The translations under genes and the position numbers were made by a program. Under the pieces are notes generated by a model. It searched no databases and was not told where the DNA came from. It worked only from the letters and a program-made list of their open reading frames with translations. Shown here in pieces: positions 9,124-17,400 of a stretch of 64,000 nucleotides of DNA (the stretch's first letter is position 1; each line of letters opens with the position of its first letter). The stretch is from Longimicrobiales bacterium (GTDB taxonomy: Bacteria; Gemmatimonadota; Gemmatimonadetes; Longimicrobiales; Gaopeijiaceae): positions 1,344,001 to 1,408,000 of the forward strand of contig CBDFIQ010000002.1 in NCBI GenBank assembly GCA_965248195.1, given 5' to 3'.

Positions 9124-9182
9124 CATTTGGGCTCGAGTTCGTCGACGGGGTAGACCGTGGTCACGCCTCCATGCTGTTCGAG

Positions 9183-9213
9183 AGGCGTTGAGTTTCGAGC
9201 GCCAGCGCCTTTT
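9183..9213 (+). terminator. Possible intrinsic terminator
   Basis: AGGCGTTG…CAGCGCCT stem followed by T's. A second GC hairpin lies at 9238-9262. Confidence 0.45.
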
Positions 9214-9270
9214 CAAGCAGACTCGCGATAGCGGGGGGGGGCGTCGCAGGCCTCGACGCCCCTCCGTGGC

Positions 9271-10620
9271 TCACGGATCGAAATTCAGCAACGCGTGTCG
9301 TCGCTCCGGGATCCTGGACCAGGGATCGATCTCCACGACGCGATAAAGTGGAGAGAACCCCAGCTTCAACTTCAACTCCATCACGGCTTCCCGCAGCGAT
9401 GCGGGGATGGCTCCCTCGGATAGCTCCCGTCCGTTCTCCTCTCTGCCGCCAGTTTCCGCTCGACCGAAGAGGTCGTTCTGAGACGTCGCGGGACCGAACT
9501 GGAAGAACTCCACCATGAGGGCCTCGACCGCACGCAGGGGAGGGGACAGGGCCATCCGAGCTCGGATGGTGAAGGCGATTCGGTCCCGCTGGGACGTGGG
9601 CTCTCGAAGGATCGTCTCCAGGGCCCACGAGCCCCCACCCTCCAGACGCGCCCCGAGGCGCACTCCCTGTATGCTCCGGCCTTTGCGCTCCAGACGGGCC
9701 AGCGTCCGTTCCAGGAGCCGGTCGAGAGCGCCGTGGAGCGTGTCCACTTGGCCCACGGGGGTGTGGAATTCCATAGAGGCGCGGATCGGCTGCGGGCGGT
9801 AGTACGGCTGGACGGGGTCGATGCGCTCACCCGTGGCCCACATCAGGGCCCTCTGTCCGTCGGGGCCGAACTGTCCGACCAGGGCAGAGCTCGGAAAGCG
9901 AATCAGGTCGCCCAGGGTCTCTATGCCGAGTCGCTCGAGTCGCTCGGTCATGACCGCATCCACCGGGAGCACGGAGACAGGACACGGGTTCAGGAATGCC
10001 GGCAACTCCTGGTCCGGAACGATCACGGGCCGGCCCGGGCCCGCTCCGGCTGCGGCCACCCAGGCCCCGAATTTTCCGGGGGCCCATCCGATTCTCGTGG
10101 CGGCCACTAGTGGGCGAGGGAAAATCTTCAGGAGCGTGTGCAGAACCCTCTCCACCTGGCGCGATGGTGAGCCGTACAGCCGGCCGAGCCCATCCATGCC
10201 GACGAAGATCCGCCCACGGCCGGCGGGCTCCACGATGGGGCTCAGGCCCGACAGGGTTTCCAGAAGCTCTTCCTGCGTAGCGTCGTAGTGGGCGGGATCG
10301 GGCTCCAGGAGGGTGAGGGAAGGGCAGAGGGCGACGGCCTGCGAGATGAGTTGCCCCGGCCGTACGCCTGCGATCGAAGCGCGCTCGGAGACTTGCCATA
10401 TGGTTCTCCGGGTGTTCTCCCCCGGAGAGAGAAGGGCTACGGACGTGCTGTCCAACTCGGGAGTTCGAACCAGTTCCAGCCGAAGCTCGAACGTGGGCAG
10501 CCAGGCGCACAGTGCCTGGCGGCTTCCACGCTGCCGGGTGGCGATGGGGCCCCTGTGATCCCACCCACAAACGCTGGGGTGGGTGGGAACACCATACATG
10601 CGTGAACGGGGCTTCGACAT
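9271..10620 (-). CDS. imuB: Inactive Y-family polymerase-like mutagenesis protein ImuB
   Basis: IMS-like fold (GVRPGQLISQAVALCP, LSPIVE, LGIETLGDL) without the catalytic DMD motif; C-terminal VEIDPWSRIPERR. Start uncertain. Confidence 0.8.
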   Translation of the reverse strand: MSKPRSRMYGVPTHPSVCGWDHRGPIATRQRGSRQALCAWLPTFELRLELVRTPELDSTSVALLSPGENTRRTIWQVSERASIAGVRPGQLISQAVALCPSLTLLEPDPAHYDATQEELLETLSGLSPIVEPAGRGRIFVGMDGLGRLYGSPSRQVERVLHTLLKIFPRPLVAATRIGWAPGKFGAWVAAAGAGPGRPVIVPDQELPAFLNPCPVSVLPVDAVMTERLERLGIETLGDLIRFPSSALVGQFGPDGQRALMWATGERIDPVQPYYRPQPIRASMEFHTPVGQVDTLHGALDRLLERTLARLERKGRSIQGVRLGARLEGGGSWALETILREPTSQRDRIAFTIRARMALSPPLRAVEALMVEFFQFGPATSQNDLFGRAETGGREENGRELSEGAIPASLREAVMELKLKLGFSPLYRVVEIDPWSRIPERRHALLNFDP

Positions 10621-10644
10621 GGTCGGATGAGTCATCGGAGAAAA

Positions 10645-10688
10645 CGAAACGATACCGAATAAAAACCGAAAGTCGAAGATAGGTCGAA
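10645..10688. promoter_or_regulatory. CGAA-N7-CGAA direct-repeat array upstream of imuB (candidate SOS box)
   Basis: CGAA at 10645, 10656, 10667 and at 10674, 10685. Confidence 0.6.
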
Positions 10689-10768
10689 AAATACAAAGGA
10701 GCAAGCCATCCCCGCCCTCACCGAGCGGACGCTCGATCACCCCGGCTCGTTGTGCCATGTGCGTGTAC

Positions 10769-10991
10769 GGTGAAGGCAGTAGCCAAGGAGACAGGTCGGG
10801 CACCATCGACAGTCCGAGAGTGGCTCATCTCCGGGGCTCTATGTGGCTACAAGCTCAACGGTCGTGACTGGCGTGTTTCCCGCGATTCTCTCCGCAACTA
10901 TCTCCACGCGCAATCCACCCAGGCGACCGAGACAGAAGGTGAGGTGGGCAAGGTGGACATCGCGGCTTGGCGGAGGGTCCGGGGAGCATAA
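10769..10991 (+). pseudogene. Excisionase/MerR-like HTH fragment
   Basis: TVKAVAKETGRAPSTVREWLISGALCGYKLNGRDWRV. No convincing RBS or start. Confidence 0.6.
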
Positions 10992-11171
10992 GCGTCCCCG
11001 CGAGGATTCGCCTACACCACCAACGGCAGCCCCCGCGAAGATCAGATTTCGAACGCCAGCCGGATCGAGACGGCGATCACTGAGACACATACGGCCGTTT
11101 CGAGCGTGAACGTGCACAACAACGTCCACAGCTCGGGGAGGGATTGGCCTAACTAAAGGACGAACGAGGCG

Positions 11172-12547
11172 GGTCAAGTCCCGATTTGTGTGTAAAAGCG
11201 GAGGAAGCTCCTCGCCTTCGGCTAGGCTGCTTGGGCGACCTCCTGTTTCTGGAGGAGTGAGAGGTCGAGGTAACGCCGGTCGCCCCAGACGTGTGTGGTC
11301 CTGAGTGCGACGGCCGTGATGAGCCTGAGGGCGCTGGCCCGGTCCGGGAAGGCGCCGGCGGCCTTGATCCTGCGTTTGATCTCGCCGTGCAGCCGCTCGA
11401 GGCTGTTGGTGGTACGCAGCCGGGGCCAGTGCGCCTCGGGGAACGCGTAGAACTGCGTCGCTGCCCCGAAGCCCCGCTCCAGGACCTCCACGGCCTCGGG
11501 CAGCTCCTTCTTCCAGCGTGCGCCGAACTCGCCCAGGAGCTTCTTCGCCTCGGCGAGTCCGGATGTCTGGAAGATCACCGAGACCTCACGCGCCACGCGC
11601 TTGCGTAGGCGGTGGGGGACCCTCGCCCCCACATTACGCTGCAGATGGACCGTACACCTCTGACGGCGTGCCTCGGGCAGGAAGCGGCGGACCGCAGCTG
11701 CCAGGCCTGCGTGCTCATCGGCGATCACGAGCTCGACACCGCCGAGGCCGCGGTCCTGGAGTTGCTCGAGGAGCTCCGACCAGCTCTGCTGCGACTCCTC
11801 AGCGCCCAGCGTGACGGCCAGGAGCCGTCGGTGACCCTCAGGGCCCACTGCATACGCCACGAGCGCACTCACGTTCTCGACTTTGCGGGCCCAGCGGGCG
11901 TCCAAGAACGTGGCGTCCAGGTACAGATAGGGGTGAGGCCCCTCGATCGGCGCACGGCGCAGCCCTTCCACGGCCTCGTCGAGCCGTTTTGCCACACGAC
12001 TCACCGTCGAGCGCCCAACACGCTCGCCCATCAGCGCCTCGGTGACGTCGCCCATCTTGCGCTGTGACACGCCGCTCACATACGCCTCGACCATCATCTC
12101 GTCGAGCTCGGGGCTCCTGCGCTGGTAGCGGCCGATCACGTCGGCCGGCGAACCGTTGTCCCGGCTCCGGGGCATGGCGACCTCGATCTGCCCCAGGCTC
12201 GTCAGCAGCCGCCTCAGGTATGTGCCGTTCCTATGGTCCTTCCGGCTTCCCACCCGCTCGAAGCGGCGTGCACCTACCATGGCCTTCAGCTCCTCTTCCA
12301 GCACCATCTCGAGCGTCAGCCGGATCGCGCCTTGAAACAGCTCGCGCAAATCATCGCGTAGCTCGTCTTGCGTGGCCCGACCGATCTCCACAATCTCTTG
12401 CATCGGAAGCTCCTCTCCGGTTCCGAGCCTGCTCTGCAGACCCGGACTCCCGGGTTCATGTGACAGTGAACAACAACAGAGGAGCTTCCGTTTTTCTTTC
12501 CCTCCTGTCCAGCTTATCCGCTTTTACACAAATCTAGGGACACTACC
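11172..12547 (-). mobile_element. IS256-family element, copy 3, 9-bp TSD AACGAGGCG
   Basis: TSD at 11163-11171 and 12548-12556. Confidence 0.97.
11222..12403 (-). CDS. IS256 transposase
   Basis: Protein identical to that of copy 1. Confidence 0.97.
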   Translation of the reverse strand: MQEIVEIGRATQDELRDDLRELFQGAIRLTLEMVLEEELKAMVGARRFERVGSRKDHRNGTYLRRLLTSLGQIEVAMPRSRDNGSPADVIGRYQRRSPELDEMMVEAYVSGVSQRKMGDVTEALMGERVGRSTVSRVAKRLDEAVEGLRRAPIEGPHPYLYLDATFLDARWARKVENVSALVAYAVGPEGHRRLLAVTLGAEESQQSWSELLEQLQDRGLGGVELVIADEHAGLAAAVRRFLPEARRQRCTVHLQRNVGARVPHRLRKRVAREVSVIFQTSGLAEAKKLLGEFGARWKKELPEAVEVLERGFGAATQFYAFPEAHWPRLRTTNSLERLHGEIKRRIKAAGAFPDRASALRLITAVALRTTHVWGDRRYLDLSLLQKQEVAQAA

Positions 12548-12970
12548 AACGAGGCGCTGACCGCCTGCTTGTAAGGCCGGAGAAGGGCGTAGTCGTGGCG
12601 CGTCACCTACTCGAACCGAAGAGCCTCGAGGGGATCCGTCGTGGGGGCTCGTGAACCGGCAGGTACGAAGCGACTCGCGTCCACCCTCCAGAACCGCCAA
12701 CGCCACGCAGGCCCGAAGGGGCCGCCAGCTTAATCGCCTGTGCGCTTTGAGACCTATCGACTAGGTCTGCCAGACAGCAGTAATAGCTTGTCAGGTGTCG
12801 TCTCGGCCCAGTCGGATCGAATCTACTACTCAGTTACTCAGTAGCCGAAGGAGGCAAAAAGTACCCCTTAGTCGGATGAACCTCAAAAGAGTTATTCACA
12901 AAATGCATGCAAAACTGTGTAAATACGCGATAAATCCGGACCTACAGGTAGCCACAGAGGCACCCGGTAT

Positions 12971-12987
12971 CTGGCATACTAGTTGCA
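12971..12987 (+). promoter_or_regulatory. Sigma54 (-24/-12) promoter
   Basis: CTGGCATACTAGTTGCA has GG-N10-GC spacing and lies 45 bp before ATG 13033. Confidence 0.7.
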
Positions 12988-13032
12988 CCTTGGGTCAATT
13001 CTAGTCCACCAATATTTGGGAAAAAGTAACTC

Positions 13033-14811
13033 ATGATATCTAATCGATCAGGTTCGCATCAATCAGAATCTATGCAAGCCCTTGTTCCCATGGTGGATCT
13101 GTTCGCTGTGCTTGCGGTTGTGTTCATGATTCATTCGAACGAAGAAATCACTACCGCCCAAACGGAAAATGATGAAAGGATACAAGGGGTTGTTGCAGAG
13201 GTCCAAGAGGCGAGAAACGCGCTAGAAGCGATTGACGACGCAGAACGGGCCAGAAGAGAGCGCAGAGAATTGATGGCAAACGAGGCGACTAAGTCGCTAG
13301 AACAAATTCAAGAAGAGCGAGCGAGACAAGCAGAAGAGTTACTGGCGCAATTCACCGAAATGTTAGCGGCTCAACAAAGTAGCACCGATGCGGAATATGA
13401 AAACATCCTAGCTCGCATTGAAAACGATCTGGAACAACAGACGCAGACGGACCTGGAAGAGACAAGAGCAGAGCTGGAAATAGACCTTGAAACGCGGAGA
13501 TCGGAGTTGGCGGCGCAACAAGAACAACGCATAGAAGAGGCGAAAGAGGAATTTGACAAAATAATTTCGTCCACGGAAACGAGGCTTGCCAGTACCCAAG
13601 ATGCGCTCGATGATGCCGAACAGGCACGTGTTGACGCGTTGGCCAGACAGGCAGCACTCGACGAACAAAGGCAGGTCGAGGTGGCCAGGGCAGAGCAGGA
13701 GCTCAGAGCGCAAGCCGATCGTCAAGCCGCGAACTCGAGAAGGGAAACAGAGGCCGCGTTAGCAAGAGCCGAACAGGCACGAATTGACGAATTGGCCACA
13801 CAGGCAGCAGCACTCGACGAACAAAGGCAACTCGAGGTGGCCAGGGCAGAGCAGGAGCTCAGAGCGCAGGCCGATCGTCAAGCCGCGAACTCGAGAAGGG
13901 AAACAGACGCCGCGTTAGCAAGAGCCGAACAGGCACGAGTTGACGCATTGGCTGCACAGGCAGCAGCACTCGACGAACAAAGGCAACTCGACTTGGCCAG
14001 GGCAGAGCAGCAGCTCAGAGCGCTAGCCGATCGTCAAGCCGCGAACTCGAGAAGGGGAACAGACGCCACGCTAGCAAGAGCCGAACAGGCACGAGTTGAC
14101 GCATTGGCTGCACAGGCAGCAGCACTCGATGTGGAACGTCAAAGCGACCTAGACGCTCAGAGAACTGCGCTTGAACAAGAAAGGGAAAAAGCCCTGGCAG
14201 ACGCAGCGGATGAGCTTGCGCCTTATGTCCAGGCAGTCGAAGCCAAGAACCAGATCGTCAAAGAGCTCGATGAGAACTTCGGGGACTTCGATAATTCAGC
14301 CGTCGAAATAGACCCAGAGACAGGAACGGTAAGACTCCACTTTCAGGAGTCCTATTTTGCGATCGGATCTCACGAACTATCAGGAGAAATGAAGAGTTTT
14401 CTCAGAGCGATGATTCCCAGATATGCGCAAAGCATTTACGGAAACAGGGACGCTGCGGAGCAAGTAGAGTCTCTAAACATTTCAGGGATGGCATCGCCCA
14501 TCTATCAGGGAGTGTATATCGACATTTTCGATACATCTCCCGAAACACAGGAAGCACGCGAATACAATATGGCGCTGAGTAACCGACGGGCGGACGCCCT
14601 GTATGCCTTCATCTTCGATGAAGATGAGATGGGTGACTATGCGTTTCGTACTAGAATGGAAGCAGATATGAGCATTGCGGCACTGGGCTTCCAGAACGCA
14701 ACCCCTGTTAGGGATGCACTAGTGGGCAAACCTGCACGGTGCATACAGTATGATTGCCAGCAGGAGCAGGCTACGGTATTGCAGTTTCAGCTTTTTTCGG
14801 GAGGGTTGTAG
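13033..14811 (+). CDS. MotB/ZorB-like protein: TM helix with Asp, long coiled coil, OmpA-like C-terminal domain
   Basis: PMVDLFAVLAVVFMI; IDPETGTVRL…YFAIGSHEL…ISGMASP…YNMALSNRRA. Confidence 0.8.
   Translation: MISNRSGSHQSESMQALVPMVDLFAVLAVVFMIHSNEEITTAQTENDERIQGVVAEVQEARNALEAIDDAERARRERRELMANEATKSLEQIQEERARQAEELLAQFTEMLAAQQSSTDAEYENILARIENDLEQQTQTDLEETRAELEIDLETRRSELAAQQEQRIEEAKEEFDKIISSTETRLASTQDALDDAEQARVDALARQAALDEQRQVEVARAEQELRAQADRQAANSRRETEAALARAEQARIDELATQAAALDEQRQLEVARAEQELRAQADRQAANSRRETDAALARAEQARVDALAAQAAALDEQRQLDLARAEQQLRALADRQAANSRRGTDATLARAEQARVDALAAQAAALDVERQSDLDAQRTALEQEREKALADAADELAPYVQAVEAKNQIVKELDENFGDFDNSAVEIDPETGTVRLHFQESYFAIGSHELSGEMKSFLRAMIPRYAQSIYGNRDAAEQVESLNISGMASPIYQGVYIDIFDTSPETQEAREYNMALSNRRADALYAFIFDEDEMGDYAFRTRMEADMSIAALGFQNATPVRDALVGKPARCIQYDCQQEQATVLQFQLFSGGL
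13615..14130 (+). repeat. Intragenic tandem repeat, 153-156 bp x ~3.3
   Basis: GAACAGGCAC unit starts at 13618, 13771, 13927 and 14083 (51-52 aa units). Confidence 0.9.
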
Positions 14812-15220
14812 GCCGCTCAAGCGGCATATTGACGCAAGCTTTTGGGTTAGGGAGTCATAATGTTTAAATACGTATTCTCTTTAATTCTGGTGGTAATACT
14901 CTACTTTGTATTCTTTTTTGATATTGCGCTTACCAATGAGGCAATCGGAATCCTGTTTGTCGCGGGCATCCTTGGTTGTTTGGTTCTATTCTTATTTTTC
15001 AAGTTTGGTTTGCACTACAAAATAATGGGGCTGAATAGATTTGCGAATGCATTCTATTATTCTGTTTTCGAGTATAAGAAAGCTCAAGTAAGCCCTTCAG
15101 ACCTGACCTATATGGACAGTGTAAGGGAACAGGCGGAGGTCGCCCTTGCTGCAAACTTTGATCCCACATTGAAGACTGCCGACCTTAAGATTCCCGCTAC
15201 CCTCTATTCAGGAAAGGACC

Positions 15221-16596
15221 GGTCAAGTCCCGATTTGTGTGTAAAAGCGGAGGAAGCTCCTCGCCTTCGGCTAGGCTGCTTGGGCGACCTCCTGTTTCTG
15301 GAGGAGTGAGAGGTCGAGGTAACGCCGGTCGCCCCAGACGTGTGTGGTCCTGAGTGCGACGGCCGTGATGAGCCTGAGGGCGCTGGCCCGGTCCGGGAAG
15401 GCGCCGGCGGCCTTGATCCTGCGTTTGATCTCGCCGTGCAGCCGCTCGAGGCTGTTGGTGGTACGCAGCCGGGGCCAGTGCGCCTCGGGGAACGCGTAGA
15501 ACTGCGTCGCTGCCCCGAAGCCCCGCTCCAGGACCTCCACGGCCTCGGGCAGCTCCTTCTTCCAGCGTGCGCCGAACTCGCCCAGGAGCTTCTTCGCCTC
15601 GGCGAGTCCGGATGTCTGGAAGATCACCGAGACCTCACGCGCCACGCGCTTGCGTAGGCGGTGGGGGACCCTCGCCCCCACATTACGCTGCAGATGGACC
15701 GTACACCTCTGACGGCGTGCCTCGGGCAGGAAGCGGCGGACCGCAGCTGCCAGGCCTGCGTGCTCATCGGCGATCACGAGCTCGACACCGCCGAGGCCGC
15801 GGTCCTGGAGTTGCTCGAGGAGCTCCGACCAGCTCTGCTGCGACTCCTCAGCGCCCAGCGTGACGGCCAGGAGCCGTCGGTGACCCTCAGGGCCCACTGC
15901 ATACGCCACGAGCGCACTCACGTTCTCGACTTTGCGGGCCCAGCGGGCGTCCAAGAACGTGGCGTCCAGGTACAGATAGGGGTGAGGCCCCTCGATCGGC
16001 GCACGGCGCAGCCCTTCCACGGCCTCGTCGAGCCGTTTTGCCACACGACTCACCGTCGAGCGCCCAACACGCTCGCCCATCAGCGCCTCGGTGACGTCGC
16101 CCATCTTGCGCTGTGACACGCCGCTCACATACGCCTCGACCATCATCTCGTCGAGCTCGGGGCTCCTGCGCTGGTAGCGGCCGATCACGTCGGCCGGCGA
16201 ACCGTTGTCCCGGCTCCGGGGCATGGCGACCTCGATCTGCCCCAGGCTCGTCAGCAGCCGCCTCAGGTATGTGCCGTTCCTATGGTCCTTCCGGCTTCCC
16301 ACCCGCTCGAAGCGGCGTGCACCTACCATGGCCTTCAGCTCCTCTTCCAGCACCATCTCGAGCGTCAGCCGGATCGCGCCTTGAAACAGCTCGCGCAAAT
16401 CATCGCGTAGCTCGTCTTGCGTGGCCCGACCGATCTCCACAATCTCTTGCATCGGAAGCTCCTCTCCGGTTCCGAGCCTGCTCTGCAGACCCGGACTCCC
16501 GGGTTCATGTGACAGTGAACAACAACAGAGGAGCTTCCGTTTTTCTTTCCCTCCTGTCCAGCTTATCCGCTTTTACACAAATCTAGGGACACTACC
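15221..16596 (-). mobile_element. IS256-family element, copy 4, 8-bp TSD AAAGGACC
   Basis: TSD at 15213-15220 and 16597-16604. Confidence 0.97.
15271..16452 (-). CDS. IS256 transposase
   Basis: Protein identical to that of copy 1. Confidence 0.97.
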   Translation of the reverse strand: MQEIVEIGRATQDELRDDLRELFQGAIRLTLEMVLEEELKAMVGARRFERVGSRKDHRNGTYLRRLLTSLGQIEVAMPRSRDNGSPADVIGRYQRRSPELDEMMVEAYVSGVSQRKMGDVTEALMGERVGRSTVSRVAKRLDEAVEGLRRAPIEGPHPYLYLDATFLDARWARKVENVSALVAYAVGPEGHRRLLAVTLGAEESQQSWSELLEQLQDRGLGGVELVIADEHAGLAAAVRRFLPEARRQRCTVHLQRNVGARVPHRLRKRVAREVSVIFQTSGLAEAKKLLGEFGARWKKELPEAVEVLERGFGAATQFYAFPEAHWPRLRTTNSLERLHGEIKRRIKAAGAFPDRASALRLITAVALRTTHVWGDRRYLDLSLLQKQEVAQAA

Positions 16597-17400
16597 AAAG
16601 GACCCTTATCTGGCCAAACTGCGGGCCAAGATTCGAGAAGCAGGGAAAATCAAGCTCGAAGCACGCCATCTCGATAGAAAAGCGGATGTGTTGTTAGGAA
16701 AAACCCAAGAAGAATTGGTGGATAAGGGCCTTACCGACAAAAAACCCACCAAAATACTAGATCGAGTGTTTGAGATCGAGAGTGGTGCGGCAGCTATTAT
16801 CGACTTGACCGTCGATGAAATTAGAAATCAAGGCTACCGTCGTGCGCCGGATTATGAAATCATCACCCAGATCGCGCTTGACGAGAATCCATATTTTTCG
16901 CGCACCTTTAGGTTCTTTGACTCGGAGGACATTGTTGGCGTCCTTTTCCGCACGCCCTTCATGATAATTCTGATCGGGATCATTGGTACATTTGCAGGCT
17001 TCTACCTGGCGTTGAGTCAGGGTGGCGATATCAAATCTGGTGCTTCCGTGGCAATTATCAGTTCGCTGGTTGGTCTTCCTGTTTCGTTATTTATGGAATA
17101 CCTAAACACGTTGTTTCCAGACGAAGGTCGATACCGACAGGCGTTCAACAAATTCAAAGTAACTCTGGAAATGCTCTTCAATCACGAACAAGAGCTTAAT
17201 AAAGGCCAAGGCGAAGGTGAAATGGAGCTCGCATTAAGCCGAACAAGAACGAGTTGACGCATTGGCCGAACAGGAAGCAGAACTCGAAAAACAAAGGCTA
17301 CTGGAGCTGACCAGAGCAGAGCAGGAGCTGGGCCGACCCCCTAACCCACGATGACTATCTCCCTCCGTCGCTGCCGGAGGGATCAGCCAACAGCCTCCCA

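Larger units (their letters stand above)
14860..17257 (+). pseudogene. MotA/TolQ/ExbB/ZorA-like channel subunit interrupted by IS256 copy 4
   Basis: 14860-15220 plus 16605-17257 gives a 1014-nt open frame (337 aa). Motifs PFMIILIGIIGTFAGF and GASVAIISSLVGL. Confidence 0.8.

Noticed and set aside
12892..12900. TTATTCACA DnaA-box-like 9-mer
   Set aside because: Single occurrence, with no cluster or origin context.
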